Virus record (IMG/VR): IMGVR_UViG_3300032254_000001
Location: 1-64,000 of that record
Origin: a virus
Taxonomy: Duplodnaviria; Caudoviricetes
Length of the DNA: 64,000 bases
Reading direction: 5' to 3' (one strand)
Every line of letters begins with the position of its first letter. Within the stretch, counting starts at the first letter, position 1. Positions 32,319 to 40,691 of this stretch are shown here, piece by piece. The notes under the pieces are model-generated. The model was given only the letters and a program-made list of their open reading frames with translations. It was not told the origin of the DNA and ran no database searches. A program made the translations under genes and the position numbers.

Positions 32319-32618
32319 ATGAATGATATAATCTCAAATTGGATACTTGAAACATTAAGTGTCAAACATCCTGCGTTTAATAACATGCCACCTTGTCCGT
32401 ACGCAAAGAAAGCATTGTTAGACGGTAACGTCAAAGTCCTTGAAGTAACAGACTTTGAAGAACAATTCGATCAACATAAAGATGTTGAGAAAGGACACGT
32501 CGTTGTATTTCTATTTAACCCAACAGACATCACCCCGGAAGAATTAACTGCCCTAGCTGGGACGTATGCTATTTGCCAGGCCAGTCATGGGGTAAGGTAC
32601 AAGAATTTACTAAAATGA
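32319..32618 (+). pseudogene. N-terminal fragment of a DUF1415-like phage protein
   Basis: NNMPPCPYAKKA motif, then frame runs out of phase into the amidinotransferase fragment. Confidence 0.45.
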
Positions 32619-32965
32619 AGCGCAAGGTTGGCGGCAAGTGGTGGGTTCCTGGGCAAGAGGATAATGACGAGTTTACTGACTTTGTTGAAACATGGTTACA
32701 GGATTGGGTTGGATTCTGCGAGGAAACAGTATTTGATGTGAATAGCTTTGTGCTAGACGAACACCATGTATGTGTATCGCAAATGAATCCACAAGTTAAT
32801 GAGTTTCTTGCAAAGCACGATATGACACCAATTCATATTCCATGGCGCCACAGGTACTTCTGGGATGGTGGGTTGCATTGCATTACACTTGATTTGGAAA
32901 GAGAAGGCACACAGAAGGACTTATTCATTAACAGAACAGGTCCAGTCACATGTATGGGATATTAA
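32556..32965 (+). pseudogene. C-terminal fragment of an amidinotransferase
   Basis: VFDVN, WRHRYFWDGGLHCITLDL (catalytic Cys region) with no N-terminal half and no convincing start. Confidence 0.7.
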
Positions 32966-32996
32966 TAATAAATACTGTTACATTAAGGAACCCATC

Positions 32997-33467
32997 ATGA
33001 GATTCACAGAGATAGCAAAGAAGAAGCCAGTTAAATCAAAACCTAAAACGAAAGCTGAAATAGAAGAGCTACGTTATTCCATCCAAGCTGGCACAGTTAC
33101 ACAGCGCCAGGCATTTAGTATAAAGAAATTACTTGTTGGTATTATTGGAAAATATGCTACAGGAGATGATTGGGCTGTTAAGCAGAACTTTTTAGATGCG
33201 GGATTATATTACGAAGGTGAAGACCTGAATGAGGCTAATCGTATTGGAAAGGAAATAGTTGGTGCGCTATATGGATTCTTCCAAGATGGAGCGCGTCGAA
33301 GTGTTACTAAGCTGAAGCGTGAAGAAGATAATCAAACAATGTCATTTACTGCTATACCTATGGATGACCAAGGTAATAAAGCACCTCCTCAGATATCATT
33401 TACATGGTATAAGAATGCACAAACAGGCGGCCCTGTTATTGCTATCAACATCAACGCTCCGCGTTAA
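32997..33467 (+). CDS. hypothetical protein
   Basis: MRFTEI start after AGGA RBS. Confidence 0.6.
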   Translation: MRFTEIAKKKPVKSKPKTKAEIEELRYSIQAGTVTQRQAFSIKKLLVGIIGKYATGDDWAVKQNFLDAGLYYEGEDLNEANRIGKEIVGALYGFFQDGARRSVTKLKREEDNQTMSFTAIPMDDQGNKAPPQISFTWYKNAQTGGPVIAININAPR

Positions 33468-33468
33468 T

Positions 33469-33542
33469 TGGATCTCCGGGTAGGACTCGAACCTACATTC
33501 CGGCAGTCAAAGTGCCGTGTCCTGCCATTAGACGACCAGAGA
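33469..33542 (-). tRNA. tRNA-Gln(TTG)
   Basis: CGGCA-CTTTGAC-TGCCG, CCA end. Confidence 0.9.
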
Positions 33543-33548
33543 ATAAAT

Positions 33549-33622
33549 TGGATACCCCTACAGGACTTGAACCTATAACTACTGAGTCAGAGTCAGTCGT
33601 TTTACCATTAAACTAAAGGGCA
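33549..33622 (-). tRNA. tRNA-Gln(CTG)
   Basis: ACTGA-CTCTGAC-TCAGT, CCA end. Confidence 0.9.
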
Positions 33623-33632
33623 TTAAATTAAA

Positions 33633-33750
33633 TTGTTTAGCAGGATTCGAACCTACGCTCTCCACTGCGGAATTTACGTTACCATATTCAAGGAGGAATC
33701 GAACCTCAACTACCCTCGGGCGGATGTACTAACCGCTATACTATAAACAA
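33633..33750 (-). ncRNA. tRNA-like RNA with a second T-arm inside the anticodon loop
   Basis: acceptor TTGTTTA/TAAACAA, D arm, stem TCCGC/GTGGA enclosing about 55 nt that include GAGG-TTCGATT-CCTC; no CCA. Confidence 0.6.
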
Positions 33751-33939
33751 AGACTTACGAGAAACGCTTAACAGCTTGGTCTCGCGCTTCACTATCATTT
33801 CTTGCAACAACCCAAAGACTTCGTTCAACCCATTGCTTCTTAACAATAGCTTTATAAAAGATCTCATAAATGCGTTCAGGCCCTGGACCTCCAGGGGACA
33901 ACCTAACGTCAGTTATTTCGAACTTTCTCATCTTCATGA

Positions 33940-34458
33940 TTATTCCTTTGCGTTATTTTGTGCCCAATCTAAATCAAGCACTTCGCCGTATTCTTCCACC
34001 ATCTCAATAGGACCTTCGTAGTCTGGAAGTCCATCTATATCCATATCGTTTATGTCATATGAGAAAGTGATGTGTGTTTTGTATTCTGGAAAATCGAATG
34101 TAGCATTATGCTCATCCATTAAGTAATCATGTCTTTCGTTTAGCTCAGGACAATCAAATTCTAAAACTAAACATTGCGGGCAATGTCCGTCATCGTCTGC
34201 TTGTCCTTCCCAAACATGCCATTCACCTGGCGTACCATGTAGAGCAGGATTAAGTTCACCCTGCGGCTTGTAATTTGGACATCTTCGTCTGCTATACAAT
34301 AAAGTAGAATGTAACTTATCTACTGGTGTAGCATTCGGGATATTGTTATTCTTAATGTATTCAACAATAGCATTCTTTGTTTCTTCACTAAAATGCACAC
34401 CTGCGTATGTACCTTTGTGATGTGTCTTTCTTATAAATTCATTTGACTTCATTTGCAT
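33940..34458 (-). CDS. acb1: anti-CBASS 2H phosphoesterase Acb1 (T4 gp57B-like)
   Basis: GTYAGVHFSEET, KLHSTLLYSR, ATFDFPEYKTHITFSY, EVLDLDW parallel T4 57B; two HxT motifs. Confidence 0.88.
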   Translation of the reverse strand: MQMKSNEFIRKTHHKGTYAGVHFSEETKNAIVEYIKNNNIPNATPVDKLHSTLLYSRRRCPNYKPQGELNPALHGTPGEWHVWEGQADDDGHCPQCLVLEFDCPELNERHDYLMDEHNATFDFPEYKTHITFSYDINDMDIDGLPDYEGPIEMVEEYGEVLDLDWAQNNAKE

Positions 34459-35417
34459 AAACGGTAGGAATTTTTTCCTGCCTCCTTAACTTCGTACATT
34501 GCAATATCAGCACCTTCGATTAACTCATTGGTGTTGATAATACATTTCTCTCCGCTACTAAAGCAGATGCCTACGCTTGCTGTTTGTATTATTTCATTGC
34601 CATCATGTACACATGGCTTATTAAACAGATGCACTAAGTCAGCACATTTTTTAAGTAGGTCTTCTTTTTTATTATCTAGGCACGATACAACAAATTCATC
34701 ACCGCCGTAACGGGCAACAACATCTGTTTTTCTTGAAAACACAGATCTAATCTTTTCAGCAAAGTCTACAATAATTGCGTCACCTGCTACGTGTCCGTAT
34801 GTGTTATTGACTACGCTAAAGTCGTCCATGTCTAATAGGATTAACCCAACTGACGTTTTTGTTCTGTTTGCATTGTGTATTGTTCCTTCCATTTGTTCTA
34901 AGAAGAAACGCCTGTTGTACAAATCAGTGCCTGGATCTCTAAATGCTAATGCTTTTAATTCTTCTTCGTAACGTTTACGCTCTGTAATATCAGTTATCAT
35001 TGCAATGATAACTGATTCGTTACCATTTACAAACTGTAGCCTGACTTCGATCTCGTAAGTTGAGCCGTCTTTTCTTAGATGCGTAGTCTGGAATCTTAGT
35101 ATGTCTAACTCAAAAGTACGTAACGGCTGAATCATTTCAATGAACTCTGCTCGCGTAAATTCTGGCTTAACATCAAGTGGAGTCATACCTTTCATTTCAT
35201 CTAACGTGTACCCAAGGTTTTTAAGTGCGCCTTGACTAACTTCTGAGAATAGTAAGGTTTCACAATCAAATACATAAATCTCCTCAAATGAGTGTTCGAG
35301 GATCCTTTTGTATCTTGCCCTTTTATCATTAACTTCGTCTGTGATATCACATGTGGTTCCATCACGTGAACAATCGATTTTAGGCAACGGGGGGAATTTG
35401 TTTTTCTTATCGTCCAT
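34449..35417 (-). CDS. PAS-GGDEF diguanylate cyclase
   Basis: PAS/PAC (HLRKDGSTYEIEVRL), DPGTDLYNRR, LLDMDDFSVVNNTYGHVAGD, RKTD I-site, RYGGDEF. Confidence 0.93.
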   Translation of the reverse strand: MDDKKNKFPPLPKIDCSRDGTTCDITDEVNDKRARYKRILEHSFEEIYVFDCETLLFSEVSQGALKNLGYTLDEMKGMTPLDVKPEFTRAEFIEMIQPLRTFELDILRFQTTHLRKDGSTYEIEVRLQFVNGNESVIIAMITDITERKRYEEELKALAFRDPGTDLYNRRFFLEQMEGTIHNANRTKTSVGLILLDMDDFSVVNNTYGHVAGDAIIVDFAEKIRSVFSRKTDVVARYGGDEFVVSCLDNKKEDLLKKCADLVHLFNKPCVHDGNEIIQTASVGICFSSGEKCIINTNELIEGADIAMYEVKEAGKNSYRLCK

Positions 35418-35670
35418 AGCGGTATTTATACGTACATTATTACATTAACTTAATACCGTGCTCTATTTATTGTGGGGCAAATCCTACTTCTGTATTGCCG
35501 CAGCAAGGGCATATTGCTTTGGCATTTTGCTTAACGTACTTCTCGTACGACGAGCGCCTAAGCACTGCGGTCCAAGTTGTTTCACATGTAACACAGACCG
35601 CGGATAGTATTACATATTGTGGTGAAAAGGATATTACATTTGACATAATATTACTTATACACTTTAAATT

Positions 35671-35744
35671 TGGAGCTGGTGAGAGGTATCGATCCTCCGT
35701 CTGAAACTTACCAAGTTCCTATTCTACCATTGAAATACACCAGC
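35671..35744 (-). tRNA. tRNA-Thr(GGT)
   Basis: GGAAC-TTGGTAA-GTTTC; T-loop ATCGATA. Confidence 0.85.
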
Positions 35745-35809
35745 TTAATAACATTAATATTGCACACTAACTAACATCCATTCTGTTAATGTGCAAGGTT
35801 TAATGTTAC

Positions 35810-36286
35810 TCAGTGAGTAAACTTACCACGAGCACCACGGTCACCTGCGTGTGATGCAGCCCAAGCGTCTGGCTTAGGAATACCGTCGATACCAGTCATA
35901 CCCTTAACATAACCTAACGCTTCGCGTAAAACAATGCTAGAGTTGAACTGTTCATCTGAGTTGATGTCAATGTGGATTTCTACAGGCAAGTCTTCCAAAA
36001 GCTCTGCGAATTCCATATATACGCCAACTGCTTTATACACTTCGTTCATTAAGCGCATACGTGGCTTTTCTTTCTTAGGGTCATAATCACGTTCTACTTC
36101 TGTAGTGTGGAAAATCTTACCACCGTGCTTTGACGCAATATGTATGATAAACGCAACATTATAACGAGCGTACCATACACCTTTCTTCTTGTACTTTACT
36201 GAGTCAGCACCGATATATACCGTGCTTCCTTCTGGCATATCGTTCAAGTACTGTGTGATTTCTGCTTTTTCTACTTCAGTGAACAT
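35810..36286 (-). CDS. RNase H-like YkuK (DUF458) family protein
   Basis: VYIGADS, RLMNEV, VEIHIDIN, PDAWAASHAGD. Confidence 0.8.
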   Translation of the reverse strand: MFTEVEKAEITQYLNDMPEGSTVYIGADSVKYKKKGVWYARYNVAFIIHIASKHGGKIFHTTEVERDYDPKKEKPRMRLMNEVYKAVGVYMEFAELLEDLPVEIHIDINSDEQFNSSIVLREALGYVKGMTGIDGIPKPDAWAASHAGDRGARGKFTH

Positions 36287-36325
36287 GGTCCACCCCCTCT
36301 TGGTTATGTATTACTTATAGTAATT

Positions 36326-36398
36326 TGGTGGTTACCGAGGGGTTCGGACCCTACCTGGCCATCCTTATGAGGGACGGATGTCTCCGCTGACTGTAACC
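36326..36398 (-). tRNA. atypical tRNA with CAT anticodon
   Basis: CCGTCC-CTCATAA-GGATGG, CCA end; missing U8/A9 linker, T-loop TCCGAAC. Confidence 0.5.
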
Positions 36399-36437
36399 GT
36401 TATGCGGAGGAAGGTAGGTGTAAGTTGCTACCTTCCG

Positions 36438-36848
36438 TTATTCTATCCTGCTTGTGGTACCACTTCCAAACTTACCGTGGTTCCAATTGCCTGTTCCTAA
36501 TTCGTCTAAACTGTGTATATGGATTTCGCAATACGCTGTATCGTGGTCTGCACCATTCCATGCGTTCCAATCCCATTCACATTTATACCATGCTTTCTCA
36601 TCTGCACCTAAATCCTTGTACAGTGAAATTGCTCCGCTTACTGCATGACCCCATGGCGGAATATTGTGATGGCTAATTAAACCAGCATTTTCAGTTACCG
36701 CTGTATAGCGTTGTCCTTCGTGCCAGTAAATAGCTTCTACTTCACCGCCGGATGATCTCGGCTCGCTTGAGCAACCTGCAATAAATGCACCTGCAACAAA
36801 CATAACGACTAACGTGTTAAATGCAGTTGATATAGTTTCGAGTTTCAT
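36438..36848 (-). CDS. lipoprotein
   Basis: lipobox IAGC; start moved to MKLETI. Confidence 0.65.
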   Translation of the reverse strand: MKLETISTAFNTLVVMFVAGAFIAGCSSEPRSSGGEVEAIYWHEGQRYTAVTENAGLISHHNIPPWGHAVSGAISLYKDLGADEKAWYKCEWDWNAWNGADHDTAYCEIHIHSLDELGTGNWNHGKFGSGTTSRIE

Positions 36849-37126
36849 AGGATTCCTATTAGTTAGTTTACAATTTGTTCTTTCGATTCTGCTAACTGGC
36901 GGGCAATGTCTTCGGCTACTGCAATCTCTTTGCGTATCCAACGCATGAACAATATAGCCTTGTCCTCTGCGTTCATTGCTGCGGTACCTACATCACTAAC
37001 TGGAACTGGAAATTTAAATCCACATTCTGTAGTGTACCATAACTCACCTTCTTTGTAAAAGAGAAACGTCACTTTCTTATCTTTAATCATATCTTTAATG
37101 TTCATGCAGTTTCTCCTTTATTGCAT

Positions 37127-37205
37127 TGTTGCTAGCGATCAGGAGTCGAACCTGAGGTGTGACTATTAAGAGTCTAATGGTGTCCCCGTCCTCGGGGTCA
37201 CTAGC
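37127..37205 (-). ncRNA. tRNA-like RNA with 8-bp acceptor (8/5 fold)
   Basis: GCTAGTGA/TCGCTAGC, CCCCG-AGGA-CGGGG, GACT-CTTAAT-AGTC, TCAGG-TTCGACT-CCTGA; ends AACA. Confidence 0.5.
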
Positions 37206-37207
37206 GG

Positions 37208-37675
37208 TTATTTTAATACGTCTTTAACGATACCTGACGCAGACTTACCATCGTATAGACCATTGTGTCTGGCCTTAAGCAGTTTCATAACTTCGCCCAT
37301 CATACGTGGTGACTTTTCAGGAAGTTCAACGTCTACTATGTCAACAACTATAGCACGTAGTTCTTCATTAGTCATTAACTTAGGCATATACTTTTCAAGA
37401 ATATCAATCTCTAGTTGAAGCTCTAAAATCTTTGAAGCTTCGGGACTTTCAGCATGGGTACCTGTCTTTATTAAATGCCCCATAGTCTCATTTGCATTCT
37501 TGAGAAACTTCTTCATAACTGCTTGAACTTCAGCATCGGTAGATTCACGATTGCCGTCATTCTTACCAGGCATTGAAGCTTCGCCGATAAGGGTTGTTAA
37601 AATGCTAGCAGCCTCTTTATCTCTAATCTTGCGAGCCGTTAGCTGATCTGCTTTTACCGTTGCCATTAATGACAT
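37208..37675 (-). CDS. GatB/YqeY domain protein
   Basis: EIDILEKYMPKLMTNEEL..MMGEVMKLLK...DGK. Confidence 0.85.
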   Translation of the reverse strand: MSLMATVKADQLTARKIRDKEAASILTTLIGEASMPGKNDGNRESTDAEVQAVMKKFLKNANETMGHLIKTGTHAESPEASKILELQLEIDILEKYMPKLMTNEELRAIVVDIVDVELPEKSPRMMGEVMKLLKARHNGLYDGKSASGIVKDVLK

Positions 37676-37697
37676 ATTGCTTCTCCTGGTTATTGTT

Positions 37698-37780
37698 TGG
37701 TACGTCTGGAGGGAGTCGAACCCTCAAGGGATCGGGGTTTAAACCCGTTAGCTGTGCCAATTTACATAATCCACAGACGC
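37698..37780 (-). tRNA. tRNA-Leu(TAA), no variable arm, enlarged D arm
   Basis: CGGG-TTTAAAC-CCCG, A73-CCA, D region GATTATGTAAATTGGCACAGC. Confidence 0.7.
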
Positions 37781-37790
37781 ATTGTTAATA

Positions 37791-37906
37791 GGGTGATTAC
37801 CATAGGATTCGAACCTACAAGACGACAGTCTAACAGTGTGACCAAAACTAAGCTATACAAAGTTCCAGCCTAACCACCGAATGTGCTACCAATACACGTG
37901 ATAATC
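37791..37906 (-). ncRNA. tRNA-like RNA with long insertion in anticodon arm
   Basis: acceptor GATTATC/GGTAATC, D arm GTGT/GCAC, variable hairpin AGAC/GTCT, canonical T arm; ends ACCC. Confidence 0.5.
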
Positions 37907-37912
37907 ATTGTT

Positions 37913-37989
37913 TGGCAGGGGAGGAGAGATTCGAACTCCCAACACGCGGATTTGGAGACCGCTGCTCTAGCCATTGGAGCTACACCCCT
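37913..37989 (-). tRNA. tRNA-Trp(CCA)
   Basis: GCGGT-CTCCAAA-TCCGC, G73-CCA. Confidence 0.92.
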
Positions 37990-39120
37990 TTAAATCATAC
38001 TCCAGTAATTAGTACGTGGAGTTTCTACATTCTTTGCAATGAAAATAAACTTGTCTGTTTCGTAAACTAGCTTACCTTCTTTCTCGTAAGCTAAGTCTTC
38101 GTCCTGTACGTAAATTTCATCGTATAAATCATCTGGATCAAGCTCAGGAATATCAGCTCTACCCCTAACTTGGTCTGTCCTGGCTACTGCCTTGATCTTA
38201 ATGTAAGTATATCTGTTAGCACTACCTGGCTTAGAAACAAATGGCGTTTCAAATATTTCACGCTCTGTGTCTGTGCCACGTTCGATAATTTTAACAATTT
38301 CAAGCATTGCACCTGAGCTTTCACGTAAGTCAATGTTTAAATCTTCTGTAGTATCTGCAATAGCAGTACCGAAACGTAAATGCTCTTCAACAATTGATTG
38401 TAACATATCAAAGCTGAATATGTTCGAGCGTCTTGATACATCGGTAATATCTTTAACTATTTCTTTGCTTACTCCATTGTCTTGGCAGTAACCAACAATG
38501 CTACCTTCATCCAACTTCTTGTACTTGAAGTGGTAGTAAACACGACTTGGGCGATTCAGCATAAAGTCGTTAATATCAAGTTCGCTGTTCTCAGTCAATA
38601 TGAACATACGCTTTGTTTTATCAACACCGTCCATAAGTGACAACAGTGCCTTTTGTGGTATTTCACCTTCGTTGTTATGTCTATCTGACGATGCATACAT
38701 TTTACCAAATTCATCAAATACAACAGCGCATTCGCCAATTGTTTCAATAAAGTCTGTAAACTGTGAACCAGCATATGCATCTTTAATTAACAGAACTGGT
38801 AGCTCTAAATCAGTGACTACTTTGTTTGCAAGTAAAGACATTAGTAATGTTTTACCTGTACCTTTGTCTCCTGTCAGGAGAATGCCTGTTGAAGTATCGC
38901 GATCCTTGTAAGTGTTTAAACACTTTTCAACGCGACCTGGAGTTTTACCATAAATCTTTTCAGGAAGCTCCAGCTGGTCCTTTGTAATTGTAAGGTAAAA
39001 ACCTTGCAACTGACTATACTGAACAGTATAAATTCTTGGAGGCAAAGCGTCCAGCGTTGTTTCTTCATTCATATTGAATACGTGTACGGTTGAACCGCTT
39101 ACAAAGAACTTAGTTTTCAT
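37990..39120 (-). CDS. AAA+ ATPase
   Basis: Walker A GDKGTGKT, Walker B VVFDEF, LLSLMDG, NRPSR. Confidence 0.9.
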   Translation of the reverse strand: MKTKFFVSGSTVHVFNMNEETTLDALPPRIYTVQYSQLQGFYLTITKDQLELPEKIYGKTPGRVEKCLNTYKDRDTSTGILLTGDKGTGKTLLMSLLANKVVTDLELPVLLIKDAYAGSQFTDFIETIGECAVVFDEFGKMYASSDRHNNEGEIPQKALLSLMDGVDKTKRMFILTENSELDINDFMLNRPSRVYYHFKYKKLDEGSIVGYCQDNGVSKEIVKDITDVSRRSNIFSFDMLQSIVEEHLRFGTAIADTTEDLNIDLRESSGAMLEIVKIIERGTDTEREIFETPFVSKPGSANRYTYIKIKAVARTDQVRGRADIPELDPDDLYDEIYVQDEDLAYEKEGKLVYETDKFIFIAKNVETPRTNYWSMI

Positions 39121-39202
39121 GTATTAGCCTTAGGTATGTGTTTATTAACTTTTAAGTATTATATGACACTTTTGAGCATTGAGCAACTATTTTGGTAAAA
39201 AT

Positions 39203-39289
39203 TGGTATTCCGGACGGGAATCGAACCCGCTAATTGCTTTCGCAAAGCCTGAGTGAAAGTCAGGTGACCGACCGTTAGTCATCCGGAAT
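39203..39289 (-). tRNA. tRNA-Glu(TTC) with long variable arm
   Basis: CCTGA-CTTTCAC-TCAGG then TTGC-GAAA-GCAA arm. Confidence 0.8.
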
Positions 39290-39295
39290 ATAATT

Positions 39296-39382
39296 TGGAG
39301 CCAAGAGTGAGATTCGAACTCACGACGGGGTTACCCCTCCGGCTTACAAAACCGGTGCAATCGTCCACTATGCGACCTTGGC
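39296..39382 (-). tRNA. tRNA-Thr(TGT) with long variable arm
   Basis: CCGGT-TTTGTAA-GCCGG then GGGG-TAA-CCCC arm. Confidence 0.8.
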
Positions 39383-39398
39383 AAGATAAAATGTACTT

Positions 39399-39475
39399 TG
39401 GGGTGAAGGACGAGATTTGAACTCGCATCTGACTCATTCACAGTGAGGGGCTTTACCAATTAAGCTACCGACACC
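39399..39475 (-). tRNA. tRNA-His(GTG)
   Basis: CTCA-CTGTGAA-TGAG, genomic G-1, C73-CCA. Confidence 0.88.
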
Positions 39476-39490
39476 CCAAAATACACTCGT

Positions 39491-39515
39491 AAAAAAGCAG
39501 ACCGGAGTCTGCTTT
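39491..39515 (-). terminator. intrinsic terminator
   Basis: AAAGCAGAC-TCCG-GTCTGCTTT followed by T tract on minus strand. Confidence 0.75.
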
Positions 39516-39517
39516 AT

Positions 39518-39686
39518 GGTTGTGGGACGCGGACTTGAACCGCTGGTAGATTTCCTTCCCAACTAATTTAGCTATGGGCTTCAACTCCACAGCCCAAGAC
39601 AGTAACTCAAATACTTGCCCGAGGCGGTCGACTAGGTAGTCCCCAAGTTATGAGCAAGGGCGATTTATTGTGTAGTCGATACCACA
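39518..39686 (-). ncRNA. unassigned structured RNA ending in T-arm and CCA
   Basis: 3' GCGG-TTCAAGT-CCGC..TCCCACA-A-CCA; internal stems CTTGCTC/GGGCAAG and GGGCT/AGCCC. Confidence 0.45.
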
Positions 39687-39713
39687 CCGAAGTGCCTAAC
39701 TAAAATTCTAAAA

Positions 39714-39831
39714 TGGTGCCTCCCGCGAGACTTGAACTCGCATGACTTTCGTCGGGGGATTTTATCGAACACCCTTATTTAAAGATGCTCTGTAAAAGTC
39801 CCCTGTGTATGCCTGATTCCACCAGAGAGGC
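39714..39831 (-). tRNA. tRNA-Leu(TAA) interrupted by a 32-nt hairpin insertion
   Basis: class II body; GGGGA-CT[32 nt]TAAAA-TCCCC. Confidence 0.75.
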
Positions 39832-39895
39832 TTTGTTTTTGTTTATTTATTATAACATCATGTGCTTCAAATAAATACCGTATAGGAGAAACACA

Positions 39896-40510
39896 ATGAA
39901 TAGAATACAAGAATACTTACCAAGCTACTGCTACAGTTCATCTAAGATGAAAAGCGTAGATGGTATTGTTATCCACTATTTCAGTGGTAAGTATCAATTT
40001 GCAGATGATCCGTTTAACACTGAAAAATGTTTAAATCTTTTTAAAGACTTAAACCGTCCCGCTAAAGAGCGAGAACACTTTAAGATGAACGATGTGCAAA
40101 AGCGTATGTACGCTTCAGCACACTTCATGATTGCACGAGACGGTACAATATATGATCTAGTTCCACTTCCACAACGTGCATGGCATGCTGGTAAATCCGA
40201 ATGGAACGGTAAGTCGCATTGCAATAACTGGATGGTTGGTATCGAAATGGTTGCTACTGGTAGCAGCGGATACACAGACGAACAGTATAAAGCACTTATT
40301 AATCTTACTGAAGAACTAATTAAAGAACACGATATCTCTTGGGATAACATCACAGGACACGAAAATGTCGCTCCTGGACGTAAAAGAGATCCAGGTTCAA
40401 AGTTTGATTGGGATCGTTATCGCGCAATGAAAGAACCAGCTAAGTTAGCATATGCTGCCGCTATGGCTGAATACATTCCGTGGGCTGACGACGAAGACGA
40501 CGATTTTTAA
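39896..40510 (+). CDS. N-acetylmuramoyl-L-alanine amidase (Amidase_2/AmpD-like)
   Basis: IVIHY, SAHFMI..DG, AWHAG, IGIEM-like VGIEM, GHENVAPGRKRDPG. Confidence 0.92.
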   Translation: MNRIQEYLPSYCYSSSKMKSVDGIVIHYFSGKYQFADDPFNTEKCLNLFKDLNRPAKEREHFKMNDVQKRMYASAHFMIARDGTIYDLVPLPQRAWHAGKSEWNGKSHCNNWMVGIEMVATGSSGYTDEQYKALINLTEELIKEHDISWDNITGHENVAPGRKRDPGSKFDWDRYRAMKEPAKLAYAAAMAEYIPWADDEDDDF

Positions 40511-40512
40511 TT

Positions 40513-40598
40513 TGGTGCGCCGGGTGGGTTTCGAACCCACACGCTCTTTCGAGCACGAGGTTCTTAGCCTCGCATGTCTGCCATTCCATCACCAGCGC
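40513..40598 (-). tRNA. tRNA-Leu(AAG)
   Basis: CGAGG-CTAAGAA-CCTCG, long variable arm, A73-CCA. Confidence 0.88.
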
Positions 40599-40600
40599 AT

Positions 40601-40683
40601 TGGTACGTCCGGTGGGATTCGAACCCACAAAGGTCTGGTGTTTGAAACCAGTAGCTGTGCCAATTTACATTAACCACGGACGC
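40601..40683 (-). tRNA. tRNA-Leu(CAA), no variable arm, enlarged D arm
   Basis: CTGGT-TTCAAAC-ACCAG; D region GTTAATGTAAATTGGCACAGC. Confidence 0.75.
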
Positions 40684-40691
40684 ATTACATT

